Source: a virus (Duplodnaviria > Caudoviricetes). From it: DNA of 64,000 nucleotides. Below are positions 44,795 through 55,538 of the stretch, one piece after another; position 1 is the first letter of the stretch; every line of letters starts with the position of its first letter. The translations under genes were made by a program, and so were the position numbers. Where the stretch lies: IMG/VR virus record IMGVR_UViG_3300033463_000008. One strand, 5' to 3'. The notes beneath the pieces were generated by a model that ran no database searches, was not told the origin of the DNA, and was given only the letters and a program-made list of their open reading frames with translations.

Positions 44795-47497
44795 TTATAC
44801 CTCGGTAAAGAGCAGCTGCGTGGTCCTGAACGGCATGATGAATCCGCCGTGGTGAGAACCGATCTGCGCTTCCACCAGTGTCGGCTTCGAGTTGCTGGTG
44901 AAAAGGCGAGAAATGAAGCTGGATGCTCCTTTCCTGAATCCCGTACGTTCCTTAGGCACGAAGATGTACAGCGGGGGTCTTCCATTACGGTTTATCATGT
45001 TGGCATATTCTTCTTCGCTCATGCCAAGGGTATCCATGTAGATTTTTGCTCCCTTGACCGGCGAGAGGACATTGTACACTTCGACAATGAAGTCCCTGGT
45101 AAGCGGGACGGTGCCTATGGAAGTCTGCAAATCTGTTGATACTCGGGGATATACTGAGGCCATGACCTGTGCGTTGCCTACTTCAGTAAGGTCGTTGGCA
45201 TCAACAGTTATGCGGTTGATTGCGCAAGTAACTCCCTTGGCATTCTTGAAGTCCTTGAGAACCTTGATCGGGGAAGACAGGCCAACGCGCTTCATCTGCT
45301 TTTTTAGCTTCGCATAAGACTGTTTCACCTGTTTTTCATCTTTGCCCTTCAATATCATCTGGATTTCCGGCGCACCGAAATTGATGAACGGGAAACCCAT
45401 GGACGTTATGATAGGCTCGTTCCAAAGGACGGAAGAGTTGTCCTGAGTGAACCCGGCAGGCACTTCGACTGAACCTAGCGGCCTGGTCCGGCTGCCCGAT
45501 ATGAAGGTGTGACCGCCGGTGAGGTTGGTATGGGCTATGCCTTCACCACCCCGTGCCCCTGTCCTCGTGATATATTGCCCGCTTGGGGTGCGGTTGATGA
45601 GGATATCCTTGATTACTGACTGGGTAACGCCTGGTGCAAACCGGGTAAGGAATTCTGCATTTGCTGTACTTCCGGCAATATCGTCTTCGACCGCATGGAT
45701 AGCAGCGATGATTTGCTCGCGGGATGCTGCATGTGCGTAGATTTCGGCAAGGACCTTCTGGGGAATGTTTACACGGGGCGCAATCGGAGGCGGAGTTAAA
45801 TTGCCATCGGAATCACCCTCTTGATGTGCTCTTGTGCCATCAACACCGCTAGGTCCAGGATTTGGATTGGGGTCGGGATGGCCTATAAGTTCCAAAAGTT
45901 GTGCTATCTGGGATTCGGATAGCGATGACGACTGTTCACCAATTCGTGCAATTTCTTCCGCCGCTTGTTCGCGGGCTTCCTGTGCTGTTTGCATGGAAGT
46001 CCTGGTTTCAGCAGCGATACCTTGTATCTGTGCAAGGTAGTCTTCAATTTTTTGAAGAATTGTATTTGCTTGGGATTGGAAGGCTTCTTGTGTTTGGGTA
46101 GCGGTGTCCTTTGCGGCATCGACAATACCTTGTGCGTTGGCAAGAGCTTGATTTACTGTTGCGCTAGCCCGTTCAACCGATTGCACTGTTCCGCGTAGTC
46201 GTCCGAGTGCCTGTATCTGTTCTGGGGTCAACGAGGTGCCGGAATTTATGGATTGAATCCCGCTTATTGTTTGTTGTAATGCTGCTACTGCCTGCGCTGT
46301 ACGGTCGGAGGATTCAATTGCCTTACGGGCAAGAGCCTCCACACCTTGCAGTGAAGCCTGCAGTTCTTCAATCTTGGCATTATCCTCGTCGTTTAATGGG
46401 GTGTGTAGCCATTTTTCAAAATTGAAATCTTCATCGTGTTCCATATCATCCTCGGCATCATTGGGTTCTGATGAGGTTGGTTCTGCTGGTGGTTCAACAA
46501 AGTCTTGTGCTTCGGTGTCATTCCCAGGAGGTATAATGTTCGCTGCACCAGCTGTGAATAGTTCACCGTTTGACTGCTCACCTGGAGTTGTTTTAGTTGG
46601 TACGTTATTTTTTGCATCAAGCACCGTGCCATTTGGTGGCGTAACTTGCGGTGCCGACGTTTCCACCGGTTTGTCGTCGGAAATGGGTCTAGTTCTTGCG
46701 CCTACACGGCGCCGTCTGATGGTACGGGAACCACCAACATCGGTAAAAAATCCGGGTTGAACGTTTAAAGTTCTCCCATAAAGTGGTGTTGCAGAGTCGG
46801 TTGTGACGGAAGGTAGCGCCGACAATTTGGAGCTTAAATTGGACATGAATGCTTCATCGGGAACTTGGGATTGCGATATAAACGCCGTATCACATTTGTT
46901 AAATATCTCCGCAATGGCGTTAATTCGAGTATTGAATTCAACTTCCTTGGCGTGCTGATATTCATCAGGGTGTTTTTTGAGGTGCTTATACCTATCATCC
47001 TTTGGGGTCATCCATTTGAGGGTGCTGTCAAGCTGTGATTTGTCAAATGCAGTACAAAATAGGCCGAGAATGGCGATGGACAATGGTGCGGAAGGAACTT
47101 CTTCGACCACACGATTCCATAAGAATGCAGAATCTTCGTCAGATGGTGTAAAATTCGTAACATTTCCGATGAGAACGGAGGCTGCGTTTTCCAAGAAGGC
47201 GAGTACTTCGCTGGGCTGATCCGTATCTGGAATATTTGGATTTGGTGTGGCTAGTTGATATGTAGCAAGAAGATACAATCCGGCTTTTGATGGGTTTGCA
47301 ATGAATTTGCTTATTGCGCTTGATGTTGAAAAAGAGTGCATTACAGCATCTATGCAGTCTTGGGTGCATAGTTTTTGTGTCATTTGCAGGTACAACGCCT
47401 TAGCTGCCGGGGTACTATCGCATATATCCGACGGAAATGTTGTGTCGTTATTTAAATTTTCATCCGTTGGCACAAATTCAAAATTTGGTGTAGCCAT
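44795..47497 (-). CDS. Large hypothetical protein (900 aa) with a central coiled coil
   Basis: Long ORF with GAGG RBS and TATAAACT upstream. Confidence 0.8.
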   Translation of the reverse strand: MATPNFEFVPTDENLNNDTTFPSDICDSTPAAKALYLQMTQKLCTQDCIDAVMHSFSTSSAISKFIANPSKAGLYLLATYQLATPNPNIPDTDQPSEVLAFLENAASVLIGNVTNFTPSDEDSAFLWNRVVEEVPSAPLSIAILGLFCTAFDKSQLDSTLKWMTPKDDRYKHLKKHPDEYQHAKEVEFNTRINAIAEIFNKCDTAFISQSQVPDEAFMSNLSSKLSALPSVTTDSATPLYGRTLNVQPGFFTDVGGSRTIRRRRVGARTRPISDDKPVETSAPQVTPPNGTVLDAKNNVPTKTTPGEQSNGELFTAGAANIIPPGNDTEAQDFVEPPAEPTSSEPNDAEDDMEHDEDFNFEKWLHTPLNDEDNAKIEELQASLQGVEALARKAIESSDRTAQAVAALQQTISGIQSINSGTSLTPEQIQALGRLRGTVQSVERASATVNQALANAQGIVDAAKDTATQTQEAFQSQANTILQKIEDYLAQIQGIAAETRTSMQTAQEAREQAAEEIARIGEQSSSLSESQIAQLLELIGHPDPNPNPGPSGVDGTRAHQEGDSDGNLTPPPIAPRVNIPQKVLAEIYAHAASREQIIAAIHAVEDDIAGSTANAEFLTRFAPGVTQSVIKDILINRTPSGQYITRTGARGGEGIAHTNLTGGHTFISGSRTRPLGSVEVPAGFTQDNSSVLWNEPIITSMGFPFINFGAPEIQMILKGKDEKQVKQSYAKLKKQMKRVGLSSPIKVLKDFKNAKGVTCAINRITVDANDLTEVGNAQVMASVYPRVSTDLQTSIGTVPLTRDFIVEVYNVLSPVKGAKIYMDTLGMSEEEYANMINRNGRPPLYIFVPKERTGFRKGASSFISRLFTSNSKPTLVEAQIGSHHGGFIMPFRTTQLLFTEV

Positions 47498-47524
47498 AAC
47501 GCCCTCAAAATGACAGTCCCCTGC

Positions 47525-47594
47525 AGTTTATAAGGTAAAATGGAGAAATATACCATCCGTGGTGGCCTAAAATATTTGGTCCGCACTATAAACT
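47525..47594. promoter_or_regulatory. Back-to-back TATAAACT (putative late) promoters
   Basis: AGTTTATA at 47525-47532 (minus) and TATAAACT at 47587-47594 (plus), between divergent giant genes. Confidence 0.7.
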
Positions 47595-47630
47595 ACCGGC
47601 AAATAACCATATTTTTTCAAAGGCTGTAGC

Positions 47631-50600
47631 ATGAGCGTTCGTTCATTATTTGAAAGCACAATCAATGACGCAAAACAGGATGTTGCCGGTATTCGTACCT
47701 CGCTGCTAGGTTTAAAGGGATTGGCCAAGGTATTTCCTGAAATTGTAAGTGAATCCCCATTCTATAGCATTGCCCGGCATAATACGTCGATGTTGCGCTT
47801 CCCGCCAACTTTGCAGTCGGTGATATATGCGGCGTTTCATAAAAACGATGACCCGCTGTACTACAGTATCATCGCCGATGCGGTCACTGACGACACGGCT
47901 CGCCTGAATGATGGCAAAAAGCATAACGATGCGTCTAACATAGCTGGTGGACGTAATGATCCGGAATCTGGCCGTTTGGTCCCGTATGCAATTGATTCAA
48001 ACACCTCAATGCAGGGTGATGCTATTGCCGAACAGCGGAAATCCAGACGGGGCGGTCCGACATTGGCGGAAGCTAGACACTACGTCATGGGTGTGTTGAA
48101 TAACCCCGAAAAGCTGAAGAATATTGGTAAAAATTTTGGTGTTTATTTGTTTGATTTGGAAGATCATATCGAAGGCTCCCGCACTCGAAAGGCGATGCTT
48201 GAAGATATGACCAATGTGATGAATGATGCTCGCAATGAATATGTTGAAGGGTTGTCTTCAAGCAAGCGGGTATCTGCTGATGACAATGGATTGCTTCGTG
48301 AACTCAGGCCGAATCCGGATGTCAAAATCTCGGACGATGAAGTGTATGCGTTTATCGCATGCCGTATGTCTGAACATTACGCCGATGACGTGGAACATGA
48401 AGTAAACGGTCTTGCCGGAAAGAAGTTTAACGACTGGTTCTGGTCGAACAGTCCAGACATTACCGAGATGCCTGATGTCGCAAAGGGAAACGATGTTACT
48501 ATTGCCGACACGGTTGAATTTGTGCACGACTGGGTTGAGGGTCGAGGTGCAACGGAAAGCCGCGAATACCAGACCGGTGAAGGGCGTTCTGAGTATATCG
48601 CGCTTAAAATCTTCAATGATTCCGTTGACTTGACAGGTGCGCCGGTTGCCCCGGAATATTTGCGCCCAATGTTTGCCCAGGATTGCGCTCAGTTCACTGG
48701 TAAGCGCGGCGCGAAAAATGAGATTTCGAAGCCTAATGTAATAGGTCTTGGCTATGAGTTGATTGCTGATGCTTTGGGCATGCAGGAACGCCTCCCAAGA
48801 GTTACGAATACAAAGGGCGAAGTAGTGCGAAGATGCGATGGTGCGGACTTGGATGCCATTCGCGCTCAAATTAATGATTTTATCGCAGAATTGGCAATGG
48901 ATCGTGACAGGGCGAATGAGGTCCGCAATGCTGCAATTGCCAAGTTGAAGTCTAAGCTCGGCGATGCTAATATTTCGAAGCTGGTGCAAAACATTTTGCG
49001 CCAGGTATTCCAGTTGATGCCGCCTGATTTCACTGATACACAATATCCTGGTGTTGCCGGATATGGTGATGAAATCTTGCTCCGTAAAACTAGCGTTGCC
49101 GAAGGTGAAATTACAAGCCGTATTTTAAAGGCTGTTAAACAGTTCCCGAAGCAATATGTTGTGGTTTCTGACGACAAGGGTTCCGGTGCTGTTACGGTGA
49201 AGCTTGGTGATGAAACGGTAACTTTCCGCCAAGGTGCTGGTGATGGTGCTGAAAATCCTGATTCGTTCATTAAGACGACGTTGTTCCCCTACATAGACAG
49301 TACGACATCCTATGCAACTTACACTGAATGGCTGGGTGTTGTTCCGTATAGCCGTGCAGTTGACAATCAGCTTGAACATCTCAATGTAGAAAGTGATGAA
49401 CTGAATGCAGTAAGGCAATCCGAAGGACCGGAAATAGCACAGGATACATTGGATTCCATGGTGGGCGCTCGCCAATCGGCTTCCATGTTGACCGGTACTA
49501 CTGACTTCTATGATAATCCGCCATCTAAGAAGGAAATTGCTTCCACGTTGCCTGCTGCCGATAGGCGTCTCATCAACAGCTGCACTGATGGTGAGCTTCA
49601 GGCGTATGCTATTGTTAAGAGCATAACTGAATATGACAGTAAACTGAAGTTGTATCTGCATACGGCTATTGGTTACAATAGGACTAGCCCGGTTGATGAT
49701 GATACCGCTATTGCAACGGCATCATATCGTTACGCTTTCTATGACGTGTTTGGCAACATCAAGAATCTGGTGTCTGATGCGTCATATGAAGACTTGAAGG
49801 CACAGGCAGTAGAAAAGGCACGCATGTATGCTGCGGTCATGTACAATAACCCTGACTATGATGCGCATGCAAAGGGTCCGGAAGCCATTCATGAGAAAAT
49901 GAATGAGGCGAAGGACTATGCAAGGGAAATGTGCTTTAATTTCACCAGTGCATTAAAATCCCGCGATATTCCAAGTGAAATTGCAAGCGCTTATAATGGT
50001 GACGCGAACGAGTCGCTGAATGCATTCAGAACGTTCCTTATGGATCTTGCGTTGTCCGGAACCAATTTTGTTAAGGGTTATGGCTATCAGTTCCTTAACG
50101 ATATCAATACTTATACCGGCGGTAAGTATGATACTGGCAACCGGATGCTGGTGACATATGATAGTGAAGAGAATATTCCGCTAGGACGCCTTGGTGATGC
50201 AAACCTGGCAGACATGATGCAACGTGTTGATTCCGCCCGTCAGGCGGAAGTGGAACAGATTGCTAAGCTGGCTTCAATTGTAAAAACTTCTTCGATGGGT
50301 TCATACACAAAGGGTCCACGCGAACGGGTAATTCCGGGCGCACGTCCGGAAACAAATAGGGCGCTGCTCAACCAGGTCAAGCAGATGATTGCGTCTATTC
50401 CTGGGGTTGATCAAGCCCGTATTGAAGAAGTGGTTGATGCTTTCAAGGGCCGAGGCTTTGAACAGGGCACTTTGGTTCAGGTATATGCATGCGTATATGC
50501 CGCATTAGTGGCGATTATTCTGAATGGCGATGTTGCAAAAACTATTACGCCGTTGCTTATGTCGCTGGTCCCCGACTCGTATACAACTGCGGTCGATGGA

Positions 50601-53600
50601 TTGATTGCCAAGGCCGAGGAAGTTGATTCAAAGTCCGGTACGGTATCGGGTATTTTGCTGAGTGTTGAAAATGCTCGAAAGAATCTTAAGCTTCTTACGT
50701 CCGATGGCAAGCTCCTTGAACCGATTTACAACGCATTCCGTGGTAATGCGGTCGGCGACGAGGCAGAACGTAAGGCATATGCCAAGATGGCTGCATCGGC
50801 CTTGTCTGTAATTAAGAATAGTCATGATATTGACTCTTTGAAGCAGAATGTGGCCCAGTTCTTCCATACTGAGCCCAGCAAGCTGTCGCAGATTTTTGAC
50901 GAAACCATCCCGTTGGATGATATGCCCGAATCCGAAAATGCCGTTGAACAGCAGGAATACGGAATTGGTGAATACGTTGCTGAAAATATGCCGCAGTGGA
51001 CGCCAAACGGAAAGAATTATGCTGGTCTAACCGGTTATTTTGGATTTGACTCTGTCAGAACCGGGGAAACACATAAAAGTTCTGCTGCAGAACGTCCATT
51101 GGTGGATGGCGAATCTGCGTTCGTTGGATTGAGCCAGGATGCAATGATTGCTTGCGCTGACCATATTCAGTCTGCTAGGGAAGAGTTGAAAGAACTTGAA
51201 TCCCGAGCAGGTTCTGCACAGGCTGATGCCCTGAAGACGGAACATCCACTGTTCTGGGCAGATGATGTAATTGATTACATCGGGACGAATTACATGGAAA
51301 TTCGTCTGAGTGCACGATTGCTTCATTCTCCTAACGGCGTTGTTTTGGATAACGCTAGTGGTGCAGAATGGCTTAAGATAACCAAGAATGCCATTGATGG
51401 CGTGAAGCAAATGTGTGCTAATGGCAAAATCATGCTTCCTGCCGCTGCTGCTATACGTTATGAAGTGTCAAACTTCCTTGATAGGAAGATGGTTGTTGGG
51501 GCGCTTCCGGTAAAGTATGATGATGTGATGAAGATAAGCACCGGCTTTGCTCACATTATCCTTCGCCTTGGCGACATGACGAAGATTGTCAAGATGCCTA
51601 ACCCGTTGCGTGGATTGGCTACGCCGAATTCTGACATTCCGGGTGCAATGCAGGATGTGGCAGCTGAACGTGCTTTCCCTAAGGAAGGACGCGATGACAG
51701 CGTGGAACATCAGTATCTAAATAAGAGTGACGCCCACGAGCTGCTAAACCAGGCGCGTGACAGTGTTACGGATGATAATCTTGCCCATGAATTGGAAAGT
51801 TTGTACAACGACTTTGCAATGGATGCAACTTCTGGCGCACATCGAGTACTGAATTATTTTGTCAGAAACGCTCATGATGTTGACAATAAGCTTCATCGAA
51901 TGGATACTGACATAAATGTCGGCGCCGCTGCAAATAGTACGGCTGCAATGTGGCTGGGACATATCCTTAGGTCTGAGGCAACTGGTGATCGTCAGTATAC
52001 GGCATTGAAAAAGATCTTGGCAGAACAGATTAAGGGCAATGCTGTGCAATTTATTGGGGATGTATTCGAACTTCTTGGATTGAATGAACCCGCTAAGTAT
52101 GGTAGTCGGGCTGGCATGACGTATGCTGAAATGGGATTCAGCAACACAAATACGTCGGCTAAATCCGCCAAGACAGTTGCTGCCAAAAACTTGCTCACTG
52201 TTCCGAAATATTTGGATTCTGTCGTTAGGGCCCTTCGATTCCAGATTGCTGATCGACTGATGGATAACCGTTCATTTAGCCAGCTGGCTAAAGAAGATCC
52301 TGCGTTGATTCAAAAAATCGCTGATACGTTCTTTAACCTTGCGGGCAATTTGGATGGTGGAAAGACGGCTGCAATATTTGCCGCTCTTGACCCGGCTGAA
52401 CGCAATGCCGCTCATGCTGCATTTGCTGGCAAGGTACGTGACGAGATTAATACGGATGAAACTATTGGTGCGGCGTATGACTCTGATGAGTTTACAAAAG
52501 AACTTACGGGTGCATACCCAACACATGATGTTGGTAGCAAATCCGAAATCAAACAGTTGATTGGTGATATTATTGAACCTGATGGAAAGACCAATGAAGC
52601 CAAGGCTAAAAATAGGGCTGATGCCTATGCCAAGCTAGGTGACCTTGCGGGTGAAGATGCTGTCGATTTTGTGCAGAGTAAACTGGGGTCCAGTGCTGCT
52701 TCTAAAATAATGGCTGACGGAACTTCTGTGTCTGAAAGAGATCGTATGAGTGAATTGCTTAGCAACAAAATCATCACTCTCTTTGGAACTGACCCTAGAG
52801 GAGCTTACGACCGTGGCACTAAAATCGATACCGCCATTGCCAATACAAGCGAGAAGCTTGCGAACGCATTGCATGGCGTATTAACCGCCCGAGAACAGGC
52901 TGCTAAACTTCTTGGTGTGCATACTGCTGAATTTGTTGCCGAAGTTGGGAAAAATTCAGCCTTGCTGAGTGACACTGGTATGCGCAGTTGGCTGAGTGCT
53001 AATCACGTCAACAATCTTGATGCATCGAATGTTGCTGAACTTGTTAAGCTCGCTGGATTGATGGCCGTGCGGCTTAATGAAATCAAGGCTATTGAAGGTG
53101 CTGGTTATATTGATTTTGTAGAATCTTGCCGCATAACGCTTGAATCCAGGGGCGATAATCATTATACGCTCGATGGGATTAAGGATTTGCTTGGTGAGAT
53201 TCGCGAATCCGGCGCGGGCGGATGGTATACTAGGTTGATGAAGTATGCTGCTAATCAGGCTCAGACGGATGCAAAACCGGGGCTGGTGGGTAAACGTCGT
53301 AAAAACTCCAATATGGGTGATTTTGAACGTGAGCTCGACACGGTTGACAATAAGCTTGTTGGTTCAGTGAATGCTTCCAATACCCGCTCTCGTGCAGTCG
53401 GTGGAAATTTTGGCGAATCTTATTTGAATCAGTCTAACACACGGACCTTTGACGCTATAAAGAATACCGTGCGTAAGGAATTGATGAATATTCCTCTTGG
53501 TGCTGACGAAGAAGAAATGAACCAAGTGTTCCAAAAGCTGAAGAAGGGTACTGGCTTTGAAGGTAGTATCCGTAAATTCATGCAAGAATTGCTTTATGGC

Positions 53601-54650
53601 CACGAATCTCGTCACCAGCTTGCATCACGGTATGCTAACGACCCGAAGAATTACAGCGCTAGCGGTGTTCGTAGGGCTATGAACGGTCCGATTGGTGCAT
53701 TGGCTCCTGAAGCTGCTAAGACGCCAATGCGTGGCGATATCACGGAAGCCGACATGAGATGGATTGCTCATATTGGTATTCCTGGCATCTCCATGGTAAT
53801 TGACGCCGATGGCGAGGAAACTGACAATATCATCATTGGTAATAACCAGCCGATGAATATCAATACGCCAGTTGCCAGAATGACCATGCGTACGCTCATC
53901 AACAAGGCTGAACAGAAACTCGGTAAGTCTATCTTTGACGATAAGGGCGATATTATCGAGGAGGCATATCCAGTTCTCAGAAGACTTGCCCAAGGCAACG
54001 TTGCTGCTTATGACCCGATCGTTGCTACGGACCGTGCGGTTCCGGTGTTCGTCGGCATCATTCAGAATTCCATGGATTCTTCGACTGGCCGTCCGTGGGC
54101 TGTTCGTGATGACAAGGGTAACTTCGTTCATAAGTTCACCGACGAAAACAAGAACATGTTCTCGGTTACGTTTGGTGTGGACAAGATTAAGAGCATTGTC
54201 AACAGCTTGTTCAACGGCAAGTATAGCGATGCTTCCCAGGAAGAACTCAAGCAGGCAATTGGTGAATTCCTTAGCCGCAAGAAGAGCTCCATCCCGTCGA
54301 ATATGGTGGTGATGGTTGAAAATCGGGTTAAGGGAGATATCAATGGGGTTGCCGAAAGAATTGCCAAGGACTTGGTTGCTGCCGGTGACATTAAGCGTAG
54401 TGATCGTGGTGTTCGGGTTGAGTGGTTGAATCCACCGGAACCGGAGAATCCACCTCCGGTGAGGGCTCGCGGCCCGGTCCGTGGCCCGAGGGCCAATGCC
54501 CCGGCACCGAAACCGGTTGCTGCCCCGGCCCCGGAACCTGTTCCGCCGGTGAACGCCGGTGCCCAGGCACCTAAGAAAGCCAGGGCTCCCAGAAAACCGA
54601 AGGTAACCCCGGCTGCTCCGCCTCCAGCAAGTGAGGAAGAACCTGTATAA
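47631..54650 (+). CDS. Giant hypothetical protein (2339 aa) with a Pro-rich C-terminus, putative internal virion protein
   Basis: Uninterrupted 7-kb ORF, late-type motif upstream, N-terminal SLFES. Confidence 0.85.
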   Translation: MSVRSLFESTINDAKQDVAGIRTSLLGLKGLAKVFPEIVSESPFYSIARHNTSMLRFPPTLQSVIYAAFHKNDDPLYYSIIADAVTDDTARLNDGKKHNDASNIAGGRNDPESGRLVPYAIDSNTSMQGDAIAEQRKSRRGGPTLAEARHYVMGVLNNPEKLKNIGKNFGVYLFDLEDHIEGSRTRKAMLEDMTNVMNDARNEYVEGLSSSKRVSADDNGLLRELRPNPDVKISDDEVYAFIACRMSEHYADDVEHEVNGLAGKKFNDWFWSNSPDITEMPDVAKGNDVTIADTVEFVHDWVEGRGATESREYQTGEGRSEYIALKIFNDSVDLTGAPVAPEYLRPMFAQDCAQFTGKRGAKNEISKPNVIGLGYELIADALGMQERLPRVTNTKGEVVRRCDGADLDAIRAQINDFIAELAMDRDRANEVRNAAIAKLKSKLGDANISKLVQNILRQVFQLMPPDFTDTQYPGVAGYGDEILLRKTSVAEGEITSRILKAVKQFPKQYVVVSDDKGSGAVTVKLGDETVTFRQGAGDGAENPDSFIKTTLFPYIDSTTSYATYTEWLGVVPYSRAVDNQLEHLNVESDELNAVRQSEGPEIAQDTLDSMVGARQSASMLTGTTDFYDNPPSKKEIASTLPAADRRLINSCTDGELQAYAIVKSITEYDSKLKLYLHTAIGYNRTSPVDDDTAIATASYRYAFYDVFGNIKNLVSDASYEDLKAQAVEKARMYAAVMYNNPDYDAHAKGPEAIHEKMNEAKDYAREMCFNFTSALKSRDIPSEIASAYNGDANESLNAFRTFLMDLALSGTNFVKGYGYQFLNDINTYTGGKYDTGNRMLVTYDSEENIPLGRLGDANLADMMQRVDSARQAEVEQIAKLASIVKTSSMGSYTKGPRERVIPGARPETNRALLNQVKQMIASIPGVDQARIEEVVDAFKGRGFEQGTLVQVYACVYAALVAIILNGDVAKTITPLLMSLVPDSYTTAVDGLIAKAEEVDSKSGTVSGILLSVENARKNLKLLTSDGKLLEPIYNAFRGNAVGDEAERKAYAKMAASALSVIKNSHDIDSLKQNVAQFFHTEPSKLSQIFDETIPLDDMPESENAVEQQEYGIGEYVAENMPQWTPNGKNYAGLTGYFGFDSVRTGETHKSSAAERPLVDGESAFVGLSQDAMIACADHIQSAREELKELESRAGSAQADALKTEHPLFWADDVIDYIGTNYMEIRLSARLLHSPNGVVLDNASGAEWLKITKNAIDGVKQMCANGKIMLPAAAAIRYEVSNFLDRKMVVGALPVKYDDVMKISTGFAHIILRLGDMTKIVKMPNPLRGLATPNSDIPGAMQDVAAERAFPKEGRDDSVEHQYLNKSDAHELLNQARDSVTDDNLAHELESLYNDFAMDATSGAHRVLNYFVRNAHDVDNKLHRMDTDINVGAAANSTAAMWLGHILRSEATGDRQYTALKKILAEQIKGNAVQFIGDVFELLGLNEPAKYGSRAGMTYAEMGFSNTNTSAKSAKTVAAKNLLTVPKYLDSVVRALRFQIADRLMDNRSFSQLAKEDPALIQKIADTFFNLAGNLDGGKTAAIFAALDPAERNAAHAAFAGKVRDEINTDETIGAAYDSDEFTKELTGAYPTHDVGSKSEIKQLIGDIIEPDGKTNEAKAKNRADAYAKLGDLAGEDAVDFVQSKLGSSAASKIMADGTSVSERDRMSELLSNKIITLFGTDPRGAYDRGTKIDTAIANTSEKLANALHGVLTAREQAAKLLGVHTAEFVAEVGKNSALLSDTGMRSWLSANHVNNLDASNVAELVKLAGLMAVRLNEIKAIEGAGYIDFVESCRITLESRGDNHYTLDGIKDLLGEIRESGAGGWYTRLMKYAANQAQTDAKPGLVGKRRKNSNMGDFERELDTVDNKLVGSVNASNTRSRAVGGNFGESYLNQSNTRTFDAIKNTVRKELMNIPLGADEEEMNQVFQKLKKGTGFEGSIRKFMQELLYGHESRHQLASRYANDPKNYSASGVRRAMNGPIGALAPEAAKTPMRGDITEADMRWIAHIGIPGISMVIDADGEETDNIIIGNNQPMNINTPVARMTMRTLINKAEQKLGKSIFDDKGDIIEEAYPVLRRLAQGNVAAYDPIVATDRAVPVFVGIIQNSMDSSTGRPWAVRDDKGNFVHKFTDENKNMFSVTFGVDKIKSIVNSLFNGKYSDASQEELKQAIGEFLSRKKSSIPSNMVVMVENRVKGDINGVAERIAKDLVAAGDIKRSDRGVRVEWLNPPEPENPPPVRARGPVRGPRANAPAPKPVAAPAPEPVPPVNAGAQAPKKARAPRKPKVTPAAPPPASEEEPV

Positions 54651-54651
54651 C

Positions 54652-54680
54652 AAAAAATCCCGCCAAATGGCGGGATTTTT
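54652..54680. terminator. Bidirectional Rho-independent terminator
   Basis: AAAAAATCCCGCCA-AA-TGGCGGGATTTTTT between convergent genes. Confidence 0.9.
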
Positions 54681-54697
54681 CAGTAGAGGAATAAAAG

Positions 54698-55486
54698 TTA
54701 ATTTTCTTCCACGCTCCACCCACCGGCGGTAGGCATGAAACTTCCGAAGTCATTGCCTTCGTCTTCGCCTTCGTAGGCGCCTTCTTCCCCATCTTCCGGT
54801 GCCGACTGCATGAAAAGCACGTCGGACGGGTTGAAGTCAATCGGGTTCTCGCATTCTTCACCCAGCTTGCTGAAGTCCGGGAGCATTTCGCGGAAGGAGT
54901 CTGCAAGGAGGTCGCTGTATGACGTGAAGCCGTCGGTATTCTTGATCCACTTTTTAAGGATTGCGAGGTCGCTTTCCTTCAGTTCGGCATCGAACGAGAA
55001 GCGGTTTTCTTTCTTCATGTTTGCCATGATTTCGGCTGCCGCTTCGGCAAGGTTGTTTTTGTGTTCGTCTTCTTCAAGCGCCTGGTCAAACTGTTCCTTG
55101 TTGAACTTGTTGTTGACATCGAAGAGAGTAATCTCATTGATAGTCTTCTTCCCTTCGAAGAGAGCTAGGAACTTGGGGTACTTGGGCAACTGTTCGATGC
55201 GATAGTTTTTGCCATTGACTGGCGGGTCTACCTTCACCTTATAGTAGAACACCTTGGTGAACTCGGCAAGTTCATCGCATGCCCCCATCTTACCACGGAG
55301 CACATCGAAGTCGTCGTAGTCGGGCAAAGTGTTTTTGATTACTTCATCGTATGTCGGCATGTCAAGCGTATCGAATGTGAGACACTTCATGGTGACTTCG
55401 CCTTCTTTCGGCTTGCAGTTTTCGTCAATCAGCACTTCGACAACACGCTTGGTTGGCGTGACTGGTTGGGTATTTTCTTCTGCCAT
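54698..55486 (-). CDS. Hypothetical protein; paralog of 41366-42847
   Basis: PTYDE, PDYDDF, YYKVK, PKYPKFL. Confidence 0.75.
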   Translation of the reverse strand: MAEENTQPVTPTKRVVEVLIDENCKPKEGEVTMKCLTFDTLDMPTYDEVIKNTLPDYDDFDVLRGKMGACDELAEFTKVFYYKVKVDPPVNGKNYRIEQLPKYPKFLALFEGKKTINEITLFDVNNKFNKEQFDQALEEDEHKNNLAEAAAEIMANMKKENRFSFDAELKESDLAILKKWIKNTDGFTSYSDLLADSFREMLPDFSKLGEECENPIDFNPSDVLFMQSAPEDGEEGAYEGEDEGNDFGSFMPTAGGWSVEEN

Positions 55487-55538
55487 ATAAAAATCCTCGG
55501 GTTATTTCCGAGGATTAAACTACATTAAAGGTGCCTGG

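Noticed and set aside
47631-54650. Virion RNA polymerase
   Set aside because: No DxDGD or T7-type catalytic motifs found; DADGE near 53800 does not fit.
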